Part shown: in pieces, positions 13,224 through 26,025 of the stretch
Numbering within the stretch: position 1 is the stretch's first letter
How the letters are laid out: each line of letters begins with the position of its first letter
Source: Felis catus
Lineage: Eukaryota
Length of the DNA: 64,000 nt
Reading direction: 5' to 3'
NCBI RefSeq assembly: GCF_018350175.1
Contig: NC_058368.1
Coordinates: 211,422,001 to 211,486,000 of the forward strand
Made by a program: the position numbers and the translations under genes
Notes under the pieces: generated by a model
What the model saw: only the letters and a program-made list of their open reading frames with translations
Databases searched by the model: none
Told to the model about the DNA's origin: nothing

Positions 13224-13483
13224 AAATTGACCCTGACATATCTATCTATCGATTGATCAATCTTTATCTCTAAAATATCCATAGTAGTTATGTTTGGGTT
13301 GTGAAATTAAAACTAACTCTTATTTTCTTCTTCATATCTATATTTTCAAATCTTCCAAAACAAAATATAATTTAAAAAATGAGAATAAAAAAGCATTTCA
13401 TTAAAGTTTATTCCTCTAGAGACAGCAAGACACAGGCAAATAACATGGTAGTTCAAAGCTGGTTCTCACAGTTATTAGCTTTA

Positions 13484-13708
13484 AAAAAAATTTTTTTTAA
13501 TGTTTATTTATTTCTGAGAAAGAGAGACAGAGACAGAGAGTGAGTGGGGGAGGAACAGAGAGACAGGGAGACACAGAATCTGAAGAAGGCTCCAGGCTCT
13601 GAGCTGATAGCACCGAGCCTGATGTGGGGCTCGAACTCACAAACCATGAGATCATGACCTGAGCTGAAGTTGGACACTTAACTGACTGAGCCACCCAGGT
13701 GCCCCCCT
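13484..13708 (-). mobile_element. SINEC_Fc
   Basis: TSD cagtta(t/c)tagcttta. Confidence 0.92.
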
Positions 13709-15547
13709 CAGTTACTAGCTTTATGGTCAAATTCCAGGAGTCTAAATTTCCTTCCAAATAAAACAATGATAAGAATACCTAAATTACAAGGTTATAAAGA
13801 TTAGATAAAAAATTGTACATGAAATTACTTAACATATAGTGGATACACAATCAATATTACTTCCCCTCACCCTTTGCTTCTTCCATCTTTGTATTCCCAA
13901 AGTGGAAAAAATATGTATGTATATGAAATTATTTTATATAAGGCATTCCACAAGTTACAATTTATTTTAAACTGAAAGATTCATTCTTCCTCTGAAGATT
14001 GGGATTAACAATCAAAAGAGCACTGGCATGTTATCTGGTAATTCTTTCCAGAAAAAATATTTGATCAATCAGACCACTATTTCCTTTGACTGTTACAGCA
14101 GAAGTTACAGAATGAAAATGCCTCTCATCAAGAGCTTGTAGGGAGATATTAGCAAAGTTGTCTGGCCTAAACAATCACAGTATATTTTCCCTACCTTTAA
14201 AATGAGAAAGGGGATTGCCCTTACTAGATATTTGCTCTCTATGAAATATAAGTCAATGTGGTACAGAAGGTGAGCTATGGATTAAGAAGACCCATCTGTA
14301 GTGTTGGATCTTCTACTAGTCATTCTGTCACCTTGAGTTACTTACTCTTCCTGTGCCCTAATTTTCTTACCTGTGAAATGAAAACAAAAATACCTACCTC
14401 ATAGCTTGCGGTAGAGGATTGAACTAAATAAATGACGTAGCGCACTTAGAATAGTCCTTGGAGATAGTTACACTGTTCCAACACTTAGAACAGTGCAGGT
14501 ACAAAATAGATACTAAATAAATACTGTAGAATGAATGAGTGAAATACGCACTAGTATTTATTCTGAAAAAGGAACAAGGCTATCTTTCACATACGGCACA
14601 AAAACCTTAGCCACTGACCCATGTGACAGCAGCAGACATTCACTAGACTCTAATTTATGGCTCCGTGGACTTATATCAATAGTTTGATCTAATGTTGGGC
14701 ATTCAAACACCTCCCCACCATTTCCCATTTGATTTCTAGGTTCATGGTTGTTTAGAGCAGGTAGGCATGACTCATGTATTTCATTTACTTACCATTCTGT
14801 CATCAACCCTACCATGCCAAGTGTTTACAGTTTTGGAACCAGATTGTGGATGTGCAGATATCTTAAAAATCTAAGGAACAGTAAACCTTTTATTATTCTT
14901 TTTTTCCCCTGATAATCTGCTGGGCCCACTCTTATATGTAAATACTGTGATTCTCTCTGAGGATACCTAACTCAACTGCAAACCAGTTAAGTCTTGTTCT
15001 GGCTTGAACACATCCCAAGTACTTGGTTTCCATATGGAACAGAACTTTCCTTAAAAATTCATGGGCCGTGCATAGCTTTCATGGGCTTCCAATAAACAAA
15101 CGGTCTTCATTAGGTACTCTTTCCTTGTCTTTTAAGATACCATGCTTCATGACAAAAGTAGGTGGCGATTCAGAAAAAGACATAATTTGAGACTAGGTGT
15201 GAAAGACAGAATAAGGGCGAGGAGTCCATGAGTTCAGACCATGGATCCAACACTTGTCACCGTGGACGGTTTGTTTAATCTCAGCCTCAGTTTCCTCTCT
15301 CTCTCTCTCTACAATAATTGCACCAACTACCTCACTGCTGTCTATGAGAATTCAATGGGCACTGCACATAAAGCTTAGACCATGGTGTGTGCGTTTGGTA
15401 AATAAAACGCCTCTTTTATCACCATCTGAGTATCTGGGTTTTTTGCCCTGAGTATTTTTTCTCCCCTTATACAGAAGAGCACAGAACAATCATGTGATAC
15501 CGGGCCTCATTCACAAAAGCCTAAGCCTCTCAAAGCCCAGATCTTAC

Positions 15548-15673
15548 CTGCCCAAAGCAATTGTCAGGTCTTTCTCCGAGACTTGTAATCTGTGAACACT
15601 TCCCTCACATAATTCTTTCAGCTCCTTCATGTTTCTCTCTGCCTTCTGCAGGTTGAAATAAGCCTCTCTGCCA
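15548..15673 (-). CDS. TTC23L: TTC23L exon ([41 protein letters not shown])
   Basis: gtttcac|T GGC AGA...GGC AG|gtaaga; 126 nt, phase 2->2; inside ORF 15544..15756. Confidence 0.94.
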
Positions 15674-17151
15674 GTGAAACAGTCAAGGAAAATGCTAGGC
15701 ACACAAACTCCCCCACTTCCCAGGGACAACGGTTGATAAGTAAACAAAAGGGCCACTTGGGAAAATGAAGCAGAATTTGAAAAACAGGCACTTTACTATG
15801 TTCTTTATTTTCTATACGTATATGTTGTCAAGAATTCTTTAGAAAATAAACAGAGACCTGGGTTTCTCATGGCAGTAGTCTGAATCCAGGGCTGTGGTGG
15901 GTGGTGAGCATTTGGAGAAGTGAACAGAAACTGTAAATTATGCTAGATTTCCTTTAGAGGCATCCATGGTGTGATAATACTCACTTTTCCCAAGTTGCTT
16001 CCTGTGAATGGTAAAAGAGAGGAACTAATTCTGCTGAAAGGGACTTTCTGGATCATTTAGAAAGTCCAAGCAAAACAGATTTTTGGCAAAAGGCAAACAG
16101 CAAGAAAGAAAATCCCCTTAATTCCCAAATATCCTATTTCCCACATAGTCAGTAGCCCCTTCTAAAGGCATAACAGAGAAAGGCAACGAATCAGTGTTTA
16201 CAAGTTGAGTACCAAGACCAAAAAAGCAGAGAGGGGAACGTGGTAAAGAGGAGAGAAGAAGGACACATGGTCTCCAAGAAGACTCATGGTTAATTTTGTT
16301 TAATATGGAATGCTTTATAAATTTGCATATCATCCTTGTTCGGGGGCCGCGCTAATCTCTGCATCGTTCCAACTTTAGTGTATGATCGATCGTGAACACG
16401 AAATACCATGCACAGTTTTCAAGTAGAGATAGTACCAAAAGACTGTAAAAATCACACGCTTTTTGAAGAGTAATGGTCCGCCTCTGGGGACATAGAGAAC
16501 TATTTCTTTTGTCTTTTTTGCTTGGCCTCCAGCTTCATGGCAGTATTCTCAACAGCATTTCAGAAAAACAAAAATGATCAAGAGTCCATTAAATCAGAGA
16601 CTTCTGGCTGCAGGTTACAATCACCTGGGGGACTTTAAAAAATCTCAATAAACAGATGAACCCCAGACCTACTAAATCAAAATCTCGAGGGTGGGACCCA
16701 AACAGCAATAATTCTTAAAGCTCCCCAGGGGTTACAGGTGCTGCCTAGTTTGACAAACATTGCTTTAAATTACCACCCGCTCTCCCCACTCCTATACCAC
16801 CCCCCACCATCACCCATGTCCTCACTGCTAAAACTGGTCTTCTTGGGTGCTCAATCAAGCAGGACACACTCCGGAAACTTTTCAGCTGGCTAGGGGACAG
16901 GTCACCAGTGAGATCCCTCTCATGGCTCAACTCAGAGTTTATATGAACAGATACAGGAGGAATATTCATACCCTTCTAGATGGAGGTAAGAGGCTTGGGG
17001 GGGGGGGGCGGATGTCAGAACAGAGCTGTGAAGCCTGGTTCAATCTCCCCTGCTCCTAGGTGAGACGACCCGCCTGGGGACATGTGCTCCCAACTCCCCC
17101 CCCCCCCCCCCCCAGCTCTGATCACAGGCCCAGCCAGGAAAGGAAGGATAT
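15674..17151 (-). other. TTC23L: U12-type (minor spliceosome) AT-AC intron of TTC23L, 1478 nt
   Basis: 5'ss ATATCCTTCC; branch site TTTTCCTTGAC (15682-15692); 3'ss TTTCAC; the join gives in-frame QN-H-GREAY. Confidence 0.93.
16302..16399 (-). pseudogene. U6 snRNA pseudogene (decayed)
   Basis: Minus strand ...ACTAAAGTTGGAACGATGCAGAGATTAGCGCGGCCCCCGAACAAGGATGATATGCAAATTTATAAAGCATTCCATATT aligns to U6; the ACAGAGA box is mutated, with a 3-nt deletion next to it. Confidence 0.9.
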
Positions 17152-17308
17152 TGGTTCTGTAGGAGCCAGGCCACCCCCACGGTGTAGTACAGCATGACCA
17201 GAGCTTCCAGGATTTCCTTTTTCTCCGTGTTTGAGGTCGTGTTTTCCTTCCAGGTCAGCAGTGTGCTCCTGGCAGATTCAGCATGTTTCTTGGCCTGAGC
17301 TGGGAGGC
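17152..17308 (-). CDS. TTC23L: TTC23L exon ([52 protein letters not shown](H)), ending at a U12 donor
   Basis: ttccccag|GC CTC...AAC CA|atatccttcc; 157 nt, phase 1->2. Confidence 0.93.
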
Positions 17309-17424
17309 CTGGGGAAGTTTGAGGGTGGGTGGCAAGAAGAAAAACATTAAAAAGTCATGTTTCAGTGAAAGACAATACTGGGAGGAAATAGGTGGGTAGT
17401 GTGTCTGTCGTGTGCTCTATAGTA

Positions 17425-17622
17425 TTAGTTTCCAAAGCTGGCTGCGCATCAGAATGATCTGGAATGCTTGTAGAGAATATAGATTCCTGGGCCCCACCCC
17501 AGACCTACTGAGTTGGAATCTCTAGACGAATAGAGTCCAGCAATCTATATTTTTAATTAATTCCACAAGTGCTTCTTATGCAGCCATCAGAGCATTTATC
17601 TGGGGTCCAGTCTGGAAATCAC
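17425..17622. mobile_element. MER5A-like hAT DNA transposon relic
   Basis: gattcctgggccccaccccagacctactga...aatctct signature; similar relics at ~16600-16765 and ~18535-18705. Confidence 0.7.
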
Positions 17623-18840
17623 TAGTAGACCAGGATTAGAAGCTGAGTATCCTGTTCCCAATCCTGCCGTTAATGCCATGTGACCTTTTCAACCCACAAA
17701 GCTTCTCCATCCTCCAAATGTAAAATGACAATAATTATAGAAGCTGTGCCTTTACCAAACACCTGGAGCTAGTCCAGGAACAAACTAGGTTAGGCCACAG
17801 AGTGCTACGCTTTGAGCTTTCTGGAAAAAGCATTCTAAAAATACAAGGGCTTATGAATACAATTACTTCCATCTGGGGATTTTTTTTTTTCAATCCAAGA
17901 TGAGGCTGGATAGGCTAATTGGTCACACACACACGCACACGCACACGCACACGCACACACACGCACACACGCACACTCTAATTGCTAAAGGCAGTGAGGC
18001 CCCCACTAAGAAGACAAAGGGATCCCTGATGGGAAAAGAGTAGCTCCAGAGAAAAGAGAAAGGCCAGCAGAGAACATATTATCCTAAAACATTATCTCCT
18101 CTGCTCTACTGAAGACAGTTAGGGCTGGTGTTCACATTCAGCTCTCCTCTCTGCAGGTTGGTAAACATATTCACCCCTGCCAGGTAGGCCCACTGCACCC
18201 GTAATTCTCACTTCACAGCCCCATCCCTCAGTCCGCTCTGCCTCTGGCCCTTAGAGCCTGTTTTCACAGTACAGGTAGAATGAATGGCCACAAAGATGAT
18301 CTTGAAAGGTCTTGAGGCCTGTGGCCCTCATACATTCCATGTGCAGGACCTCCTTAATGAGTCGCTACAAGGTAGGGGGAACAAAGGTTCCCTGGGAGAG
18401 CCCTAAAAGGGACCTGGAAGCCAAGAAGTCTTTGTAGAACACTCAGAGGTTCCTGTTCTGTAGGTCTCAACTTAAGAGATAAATGGAGTCTGTGGCCAAA
18501 GAGATGGCTGTGCCCTAAGTTACCAGGTAATAGCACCCCTCAAATTGCACTGCACTTCATAAACACCCTGTGAAATGCAGATTCCTGAGCCTTGTTTCCA
18601 GTAGTTATGGTTGACAGGTTCTGAGGTGAGAACAAAGGATTTACATTCATAACAACCATCCTAGGTGATACTGATGCAGGCTGTCTAAAAACCACACTCA
18701 GAAAAGCATTTAGTAAAATCTTTATACAAGCGGTGGGACTCATCTTACTTTGAAGAGTAGGTAGTTTGACTGATAGAGAAGAATGAGGAGGGGTTTCCAC
18801 TTGTAGTAAACAGCCTGAGGCCATAAAGACAGAATAGGCA

Positions 18841-18841
<1 letters not shown>

Positions 18842-18886
<45 letters not shown>

Positions 18887-18898
18887 TGCATGCACACA
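18842..18898. repeat. (TG)n(CG)n alternating purine-pyrimidine microsatellite
   Basis: Read directly from the sequence. Confidence 0.9.
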
Positions 18899-19616
18899 GG
18901 CACACCCATGTGCATGCATATGCTGGTGGGGTGGGGTGGGGGCATGTAGGAGCACCATGGAAGGCAGTAAGGAGACCAGCCTGACTGAAAGGGAGATTTA
19001 AATGTAAAGACACCCCGTGTGAATTGGTTGGGAAAAATGGAATCTTGGATGCCAAGTTGAGGAGGCTGGATTTGATCTGGTGGGTAATGGGAAGTCTTTA
19101 TAGGTCTTGAAGAAGGGAGCAGCTACAGAAAAACCTGCCAAGGACATCAGACAAAGACAATAAAACTGGAAACTAAGGAAGTCTTTTTATCAAATAGGCT
19201 GTTTCTACAACCACACAGGCCCTTGGAAGTGTGTCAGCAAGAAGTGAAGGAACCCAATCTAGATGCTTCCCTCTGTCTGTAGGAAGGAGCAAAGTGAAGC
19301 TGGCTGAGCCACTGAAAACCACCCCTGAATCAGCACAATGCTGCTTCTGGGCTCCTGAATGGGAAACTAATGAGAAAATAGTTCCGAGGCTTTGCAAGTC
19401 TGCCCTGCCAGCCATCCCCACCTAAGTGTCCAGTTCTGGCTGTGAAACCCCCAGAGGAATACTTTTCCTCTAAGTTCAGCAGCCAATCAATTATCGGGTT
19501 CCTCTTCTCCACTTTATCATGCCCCACAGTGTGGTCCTTCTGATGAAAAAGCTGAGCTGTGTAACCACTGGGTTTAAACAAACTGAACATGGATCTCAAT
19601 TTAAAATGGCTCATTA

Positions 19617-19852
19617 GGGGCACCTGCGTGGCTCAGTCAGTTAAGCGACCGGCTCTAGATTTCAGCTCAGGTCGTGATCTCACAGTTCATGACTTCAAGC
19701 CCCATGTCAGGCTTTGAGCTACAGTGTACAGCCTGCTTGGGATTCTCTCTCTCTCCCTCTCTCTCTGCCCCTCTCTTGCTCACTTTCTCTCTGTCTCTCA
19801 AAATAAATAAATAAACATTTTTTTATTTCAAAAAAAAAATAAATAAAATAAT
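19617..19852 (+). mobile_element. CAN-SINE
   Basis: Head/CT/tail; TSD aa(a/t)tggctc(a/c)tta. Confidence 0.88.
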
Positions 19853-22304
19853 AAATTGGCTCCTTAAAGCCAGCCCCAAAGGAAAAAGTCACTCCTTTAC
19901 TGTTCCCAGAATCCATTCTGGTCTCCAAAGTGGGGTGCATGTAGCCCTACAGTTTGCAAGATGCCATAATGATGTAGGGAAAAAAACTAAATGTCTCTGT
20001 TCTTAAAATTTTTGTTTTCTATTTTTATGAATATATAATATTATATAAGATATTAATACTACTGCCATAACTTATCATAAATACACACACATGGAGAGTA
20101 CTCAAATTTTTTGTAGTGATAAGGGAGCTAATTCTCAAGCGTTTAAGAGATCACTGCTCTAAACAAACGTTTTCCAATATTTTCAACTATGAAAGAGCTC
20201 GTCTCATGTTAAAAAAAACTCACTTTGTGATATTTTTCTGGCATTTCCTACGTGAGAAAATTCATGATGACAAAAAGTACTATGAATCAGTGTCAATAAT
20301 AATTTGAAATAGATTTGCATTTTACTGATTTCAAGAACACCCTCTTCGATGTAAAGATAACACTGCATAGATGTATATGTATGAGTCTCATGTCAACCCT
20401 CTCTGGAGGAGGCTCACAGATTGATGATCTTGTTCTTGAACTCCAAGCCCCATCTCCCTAGTTCCAATGTCAACTCTGAGAGACCAAGTCATTTTCCTTT
20501 ACTTGTCCTTCTTCCAAGCCAAGGACACCATCCTTCTCCCTGCACCAACAGTTCGGCAATTACAGAGGGAAAAATCAGACCTGCTCCTGGAGCCTGAGAT
20601 TCAGAAATTACAGGGGATGTTGATGACTTGGAAATGGGTCCCAGTATTGTCCACCAAACATATCAAAGCATTTTGCTTTAGTTTGGGATGTGATTCCACA
20701 ACTGATGTCTGTTATTCTGACTCAGGCCAGAGGGAATCTGCTCGGAGACACCCAGTCTTTGGAGTTGCTGCTGTCACCTTTGATCATCATCTATATTTAC
20801 GAAGTCAGCCTACAGCCAGACTTCCCAGATACCAATCTTGCCTCAGCCACTTCCTACTATCCCTGTGGTCTTGAACAAGTTACTTTATCTATGCTGCAGT
20901 TTATTCACCTATAAAATGGTAATGAAAATACTTTCTACCCTGTAGGGTTCTTGTAAGAATGTAATTAATTCATGAAAATAAATGGTGCCTGGCACATAGC
21001 AACGAAATGAATTTGAGAAAATTACTCCTCCTCCTCCTACTACCAGCGTCCATTCTCTGAAGCCACTTATTAAATGTGCCCTTGCTTTGGACATTTTTCA
21101 TAGAGCTGCTTACAGAATCCCTGGAAAAGGCTGCATTCTCAAATGCAATCTCATTGCAGGCAGGCATGAGGTTTCCTGCAGGTCAGGTCACCTGGTTTTT
21201 ATCATTCCCTGTTATCCCTGTATCAGTGTGGGTTGTTTTTGCTTTTGTTTTTTTACCAACTAGACAGAGAAGGTAGAGTTCATAACTTACGCTTCTTTTT
21301 TCTGTATTTTACGGCGCTTGTAATAATAGAGCCTGGGATACCTAGAAGGTCTCAGCAATAACAGGCTAATTTACTGCTTTATTAATAATAAGCAAAATAT
21401 CAGGAAACCGCTTATCTATGCACTTACATTCTTCTTCCTGAACTCTTGCCAGCACTTCCCCACTAGGTGACAAGCACCTTGTTGTTCTGTGCCTGCCCTT
21501 TGCTCACCCGCTGAAGCGCTAGGCTCCTTAGGCTGGTCCCCAGGTCTGCTGGCACTAGGGTCCCACCTCCGGCCCATGCTCTAGCCCACTATACGGCAGC
21601 CTTCACATTGTGCCCTGCAAAGGCTCTGTGCTCTCTCATGTCAACTCCTGAATCCCATTCCATCAATCGCCTCTTTTTTAAAACCTTCAAATGCTCTCAC
21701 TAAAGGGCTCTTTCCTCACTCTACAATCTTCCTCTTCTAAAATCATCTTCACATGACTTTTTTGGGTCGGCCAGTTACTCTCCACTTTTCTCTTGTTCCT
21801 TTCAGTATGCAGGGCCCAGGCCCCCACGCAGTCCCTTCGTGCCTGGGATCTGGCTTTTGCTCCAACCACTCTGCTGGCACTTTTCTCCTGAGGCCCCCAA
21901 AGACCTCCTACTAAATAAATCCAGTCACAGTTTCTCAGACACTCTTAGCTGCTTGGCTTCTCCTCTTGGCCCCTAGGACACTGCACCAACCCAGTTCTCC
22001 TTTCTAAACCTTCTCTAATTGCTTCCTTGCTAATAACTCTTGCTGATAACTAATAACTTGCTAATAACTCTTTGCTCCCTTCTCCAAGGGTCTGTCTTTC
22101 AGTGTCTTCCTTTTCTTCTCTTTCCCTCTTGGAAGTCTGAGCAATTCCTAGCACCTCCACCTCGGCCTCCAAGCTTACAACTTTCCACATCCCCTTCCCA
22201 GGTCTGCCCTCAAACACTCCTCCATGCTTGCGACTCTCCTCCTGTCCTCCCAAGTTCTAGTCCCAAATTTCCAGCACCAGGTAAAAATGTGCTAGTGGAT
22301 TTCT

Positions 22305-22530
22305 AAAAAAATTTTTTTTAATGTTTATTTATTTTTGAAAGAGAGAGAGAGAGAGACAGAACGTGAGTGTGGGAGGGGCAGAGAGAGAGAGGGAGACACA
22401 GAATCTGAAGCAGGCTCCGGGCTCCGAGCTGTCAGCACAGAGCCCGATGTGGGGCTCAAACTCACAGACCACGAGATCATGACCTGAGCCAAAGTCAGCC
22501 GCCCAACCAACTGAGCCACCAAGGTGCCCC
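22305..22530 (-). mobile_element. SINEC_Fc
   Basis: TSD tgctagtggatttct. Confidence 0.9.
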
Positions 22531-22760
22531 AAAAACATGCTAGTGGATTTCTCTACTGCAATTCAGAATCACCAAAACCTGGATACACCACTCCTCTCCC
22601 CAGTGCACTCCTGTCCCTGACCTACTTCCCTCTGTAAATGGCACCTGCCAGGGCTGGACCTTCATGGTCATCTTTGGGCCTCAATTCTCCTCAACCCCTA
22701 ATTGAACATCACATCCTGCCAATTCTTCCTTCACAGCCTTTTTTTAAAGGCTATATTTGA

Positions 22761-22954
22761 GGGGGCACCTGGGTGGCTCAGTCGGTTAAGTACTCGACTC
22801 TTGGTTTCGGCTCAGGTCACAGTCTCACGGTTCATGAGTTCGAGCCCCATATCAGGCTCCGCACTGACAGCATGGAGCCTGCTTGAGATTCTCTCTCTCT
22901 CCCTCTCTCTCTGCTCCTCTCTCTCTCAAAATAAATAAATAAACTTAAAAAAAA
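22761..22954 (+). mobile_element. CAN-SINE
   Basis: Head/CT/tail; TSD gg(c/t)ta(t/c)atttga. Confidence 0.87.
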
Positions 22955-24879
22955 AGCTTAACGGTTACATTTGAATAGATAATACATTTCCACAGTTCAA
23001 AAGTTAAAATTGTATGAGAAGGTCAATGTTGAGGGGCCTCACTTCTAATCTTCCCTTTTACTGCAATCCCCCACTAGGTAATTTGTTTTTGCTTCTGTCT
23101 TGTGTATCCATCAGTGTTTATGTAAATATAAACACAGATTCTCTCTCTCCCCTTCTTTTTTTCTCACAAAATGAGGCATATTAAACACCATACCATGTTG
23201 CACATTCTCTTTTGCCTAACGATGCATCCAGGAGCTTTTTTCCTAGTAGTATATGGCACTTCCTCATGCCCTTTTTAAAGCTGCATTTAACCTGCCGTGG
23301 GTATTAGTCCTCTAGTGGTGAGGGCACTGTTTTTTTCCAATCTTTTACGACAATAAATAGTGCTGCCAAGCATGATCTTATCCATATGTTTTAAGTATGT
23401 ATTCAAGAAAAAGTCCCAAGAAGATAAAAGATAGATGCATCTGTCCTTCAGAGACTCTTAAATCCCTACCTTCTCATCATCCCACTTGTCACTTCACTAG
23501 CACATTATTACTACATACACCTAGATGACTGGATAGCTTACCTTCTGGCATCATTGCTAGATTAACCTTTCTAAAAGCACACTTTGCTTCATTCATCTCC
23601 TTGCTGGAAAAATCTCCAGGAGTCCTCCTTGCCTACCAAACAAATCACAAATTCCTTAGCCTATATATAAAACCCACCACAGTCTGCAAACACACCCTCT
23701 TTTCCAGGTTCACCCCAACAGCCTGCTCACTGCTTTCAAAGATACACATTGTGCTGTCCCTCCAGGCTCCGTTCTTCACCAGAAGGCCACCCCTTCCTTC
23801 TGCCCAAGCTCTGCACATTCTTTAAGGGTCTTCCTGAATGACCCCTGCCCTCTGAGTCTACCACTTACCACCTCAGTCAGAAATGATTCCACCCAACTTC
23901 CCCAAAGCCCTGTATTTAAATCACTTACATGGCATTTGACTTCTGGTGCCTTCTGTCATAACTATGTCTGTATGTAGTTCACCTTCCACACGAGGTGGTA
24001 AGTTCTTTGGGGCAAAGACTGTGCCTTCTCTACCTTAAATTTCCCAATGTGCTCTTCATGGTATTTCAAATATGTAAGTCTCTCAGTAAATACTCACTGG
24101 AAGACTGTTTATTGAGAGAAGTCAGCCCTTGGGCTTGACCCCCCCCCCCCCCCCCCCCGCCCAGTTCTGGAAGAGGCTCACAGGGAAATGAGGCAAGAAG
24201 GTCTGAAGGCTGTAAAACACACACGTGCAGTGAAGCATGAACACTCACAGATGCATACATCCCACCTACACAGAAGGCTGGCTCATAAATTCCACCCATT
24301 TTACAGCAGCTGAGGATTAATGACAACAAAACTAAGTGGAGCTCAGCAAGACTTCATCCCTCTTGAAGGTTTGTGATTTCTCAAAGCTTTGGTTGGTTTA
24401 TCCCATGGACCGCAGACTTTAAAAAGAGTTAAAGGGACTGGGTAAATATTATAACTGAAATAGGAGGTTTTTCTCAAGAAAAGGTCACGATCATAATCTA
24501 TTCTGGAAAAATTCTAGGCTAGGTTTCAGAAAGTCTGGGTTCAAGGCTGGGCACTGTTAAACTACATAGGCACTTGGTCTAATCAGGAAGTTGCTTTTCC
24601 CATCAAGGAAAAATCAACAAAACCTTCCTTTACGGGAAAACTTTTTTCCTCCCTCCAACATACTACCCCAAATGTGGTTCACCATTCGTGTGACAGGAAG
24701 AACTGTAAATTGAGGAAAAAAGGATGGTGTTCTCACCATCTTTTGTGATAGGACCGACTCACCTATCTTGACTCAGCCTGGAACCTAACTGGAAAAGTAA
24801 AACTCAGAGTCTGTTTGTGACCGTTCATGGAATGGGTTGATTTCAGAAGATGACGACCAACTTCCTTCCACAGACCTAC

Positions 24880-25800
24880 CACCATAACCTCTCCCAACAC
24901 AGGGAGGGACCTGCGGCCTGGCCCACGTTCAGACAAATGTCCCCTTCAAACACTCGTGGGGCTTCCCCTCCAGTTCGAGCCGCCATCACTTCAAGTCTCA
25001 GGTTCAGCAAGTCTCCTAGACAGTCTCACTGAGTCTGGGCTCTCCCAGGGCCCAAGAGTGTCCCTGTCGGTGCCAAAGCAAATGCCAGTGATCTGCCACC
25101 TGCCAGCCAAATCCACGGGTCTCTCTTCAGCCCGCATGTCATCTGACCTCCCTCTGCCACCTGACACTGCACTGCTTTTTGAAACCCTTTCTCCGACACG
25201 GCCCCTCCTGATTCTTCTATTTCCTTTGCCAACTCTGCTTCCGCGGACCTTCCCGATGCTCTCATCCTCCTATCTTCTCTCCTCTGCCTTCTTTCCCTCT
25301 CTTTCTACATCCTTTTGCTGATCAAGCTCATATGCTCTTATGGCCTCAACTTGCTCCTGTGTGCTAACCCTCCCAAGCCGACATCTTTCCTGAGCCCGAG
25401 CTCCACTCCTCAGCTGCCTACTGACCATCCCACCATGATGTTCCCCGAGTACCTCACGCTGGCTGAGATCCAGCCTGTCTGAAACCAGACTCGGCATCCT
25501 CTTCCTCCTTCCCCCATACGCCTGCTCTTCCCCTCTAGTTCTCCATTTCAGCTAACCGTCCAGGTCATGCCCTGTGCAACCTCAGCTCTTCCCTCAGCTT
25601 CTCGCCCCAAGTAGAATTGCCCACTAAACATCACCACTTCTGAGTCATTTCTTCTGCATTCCAACTGCCGTGGCCAGTGCCTTCATTGACTCCTGTCTGG
25701 GCAGGATAGAGGCCTAACTGATCTGCACCTCTACTCTTTCTATCAATCCAACCCATCCTCCAGAGTCTCTAACAGAAGCTTGATTATGTCACCACCTCAG
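24880..25800 (+). mobile_element. L2 (LINE2) RT-region relic
   Basis: C/T-rich; TCTGACCTCCCTCTGCCACCTGACACT...CTTTTTGAAACCCT resembles the L2 LDLSAAFDT..LLETL region. Confidence 0.55.
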
Positions 25801-25811
25801 TCAGAAACTTT

Positions 25812-25843
25812 TTAAAAAATTTATTATTCTGTTTATTTATTCT

Positions 25844-25890
<47 letters not shown>

Positions 25891-26025
25891 ACACAGAATC
25901 CAAAGCAAGGCTCCAGGCTCTGAGGTGTCAGCACAGAGCCCGACGCGGGGCTCGAACCCATGAGGGTGAGATCATGACCTGAGTGGAAGTCGGAAGCTCA
26001 ACCAACTGAGCCACCCAGGTGCCCC
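25812..26025 (-). mobile_element. CAN-SINE with (GA)n
   Basis: TSD tcagaaactttt. Confidence 0.88.

Noticed and set aside
16302..16399. Functional U6 or U6atac gene
   Set aside because: The sequence matches U6 rather than U6atac, the catalytic region is mutated, and no evident upstream PSE/TATA or intact T-run terminator is seen
22027..22078. Short local duplications (ttgctaataactct here; also ~1377-1425, ~28893-28935, ~29486-29520, ~50207-50240)
   Set aside because: Ordinary slippage-type micro-duplications with no higher-order structure
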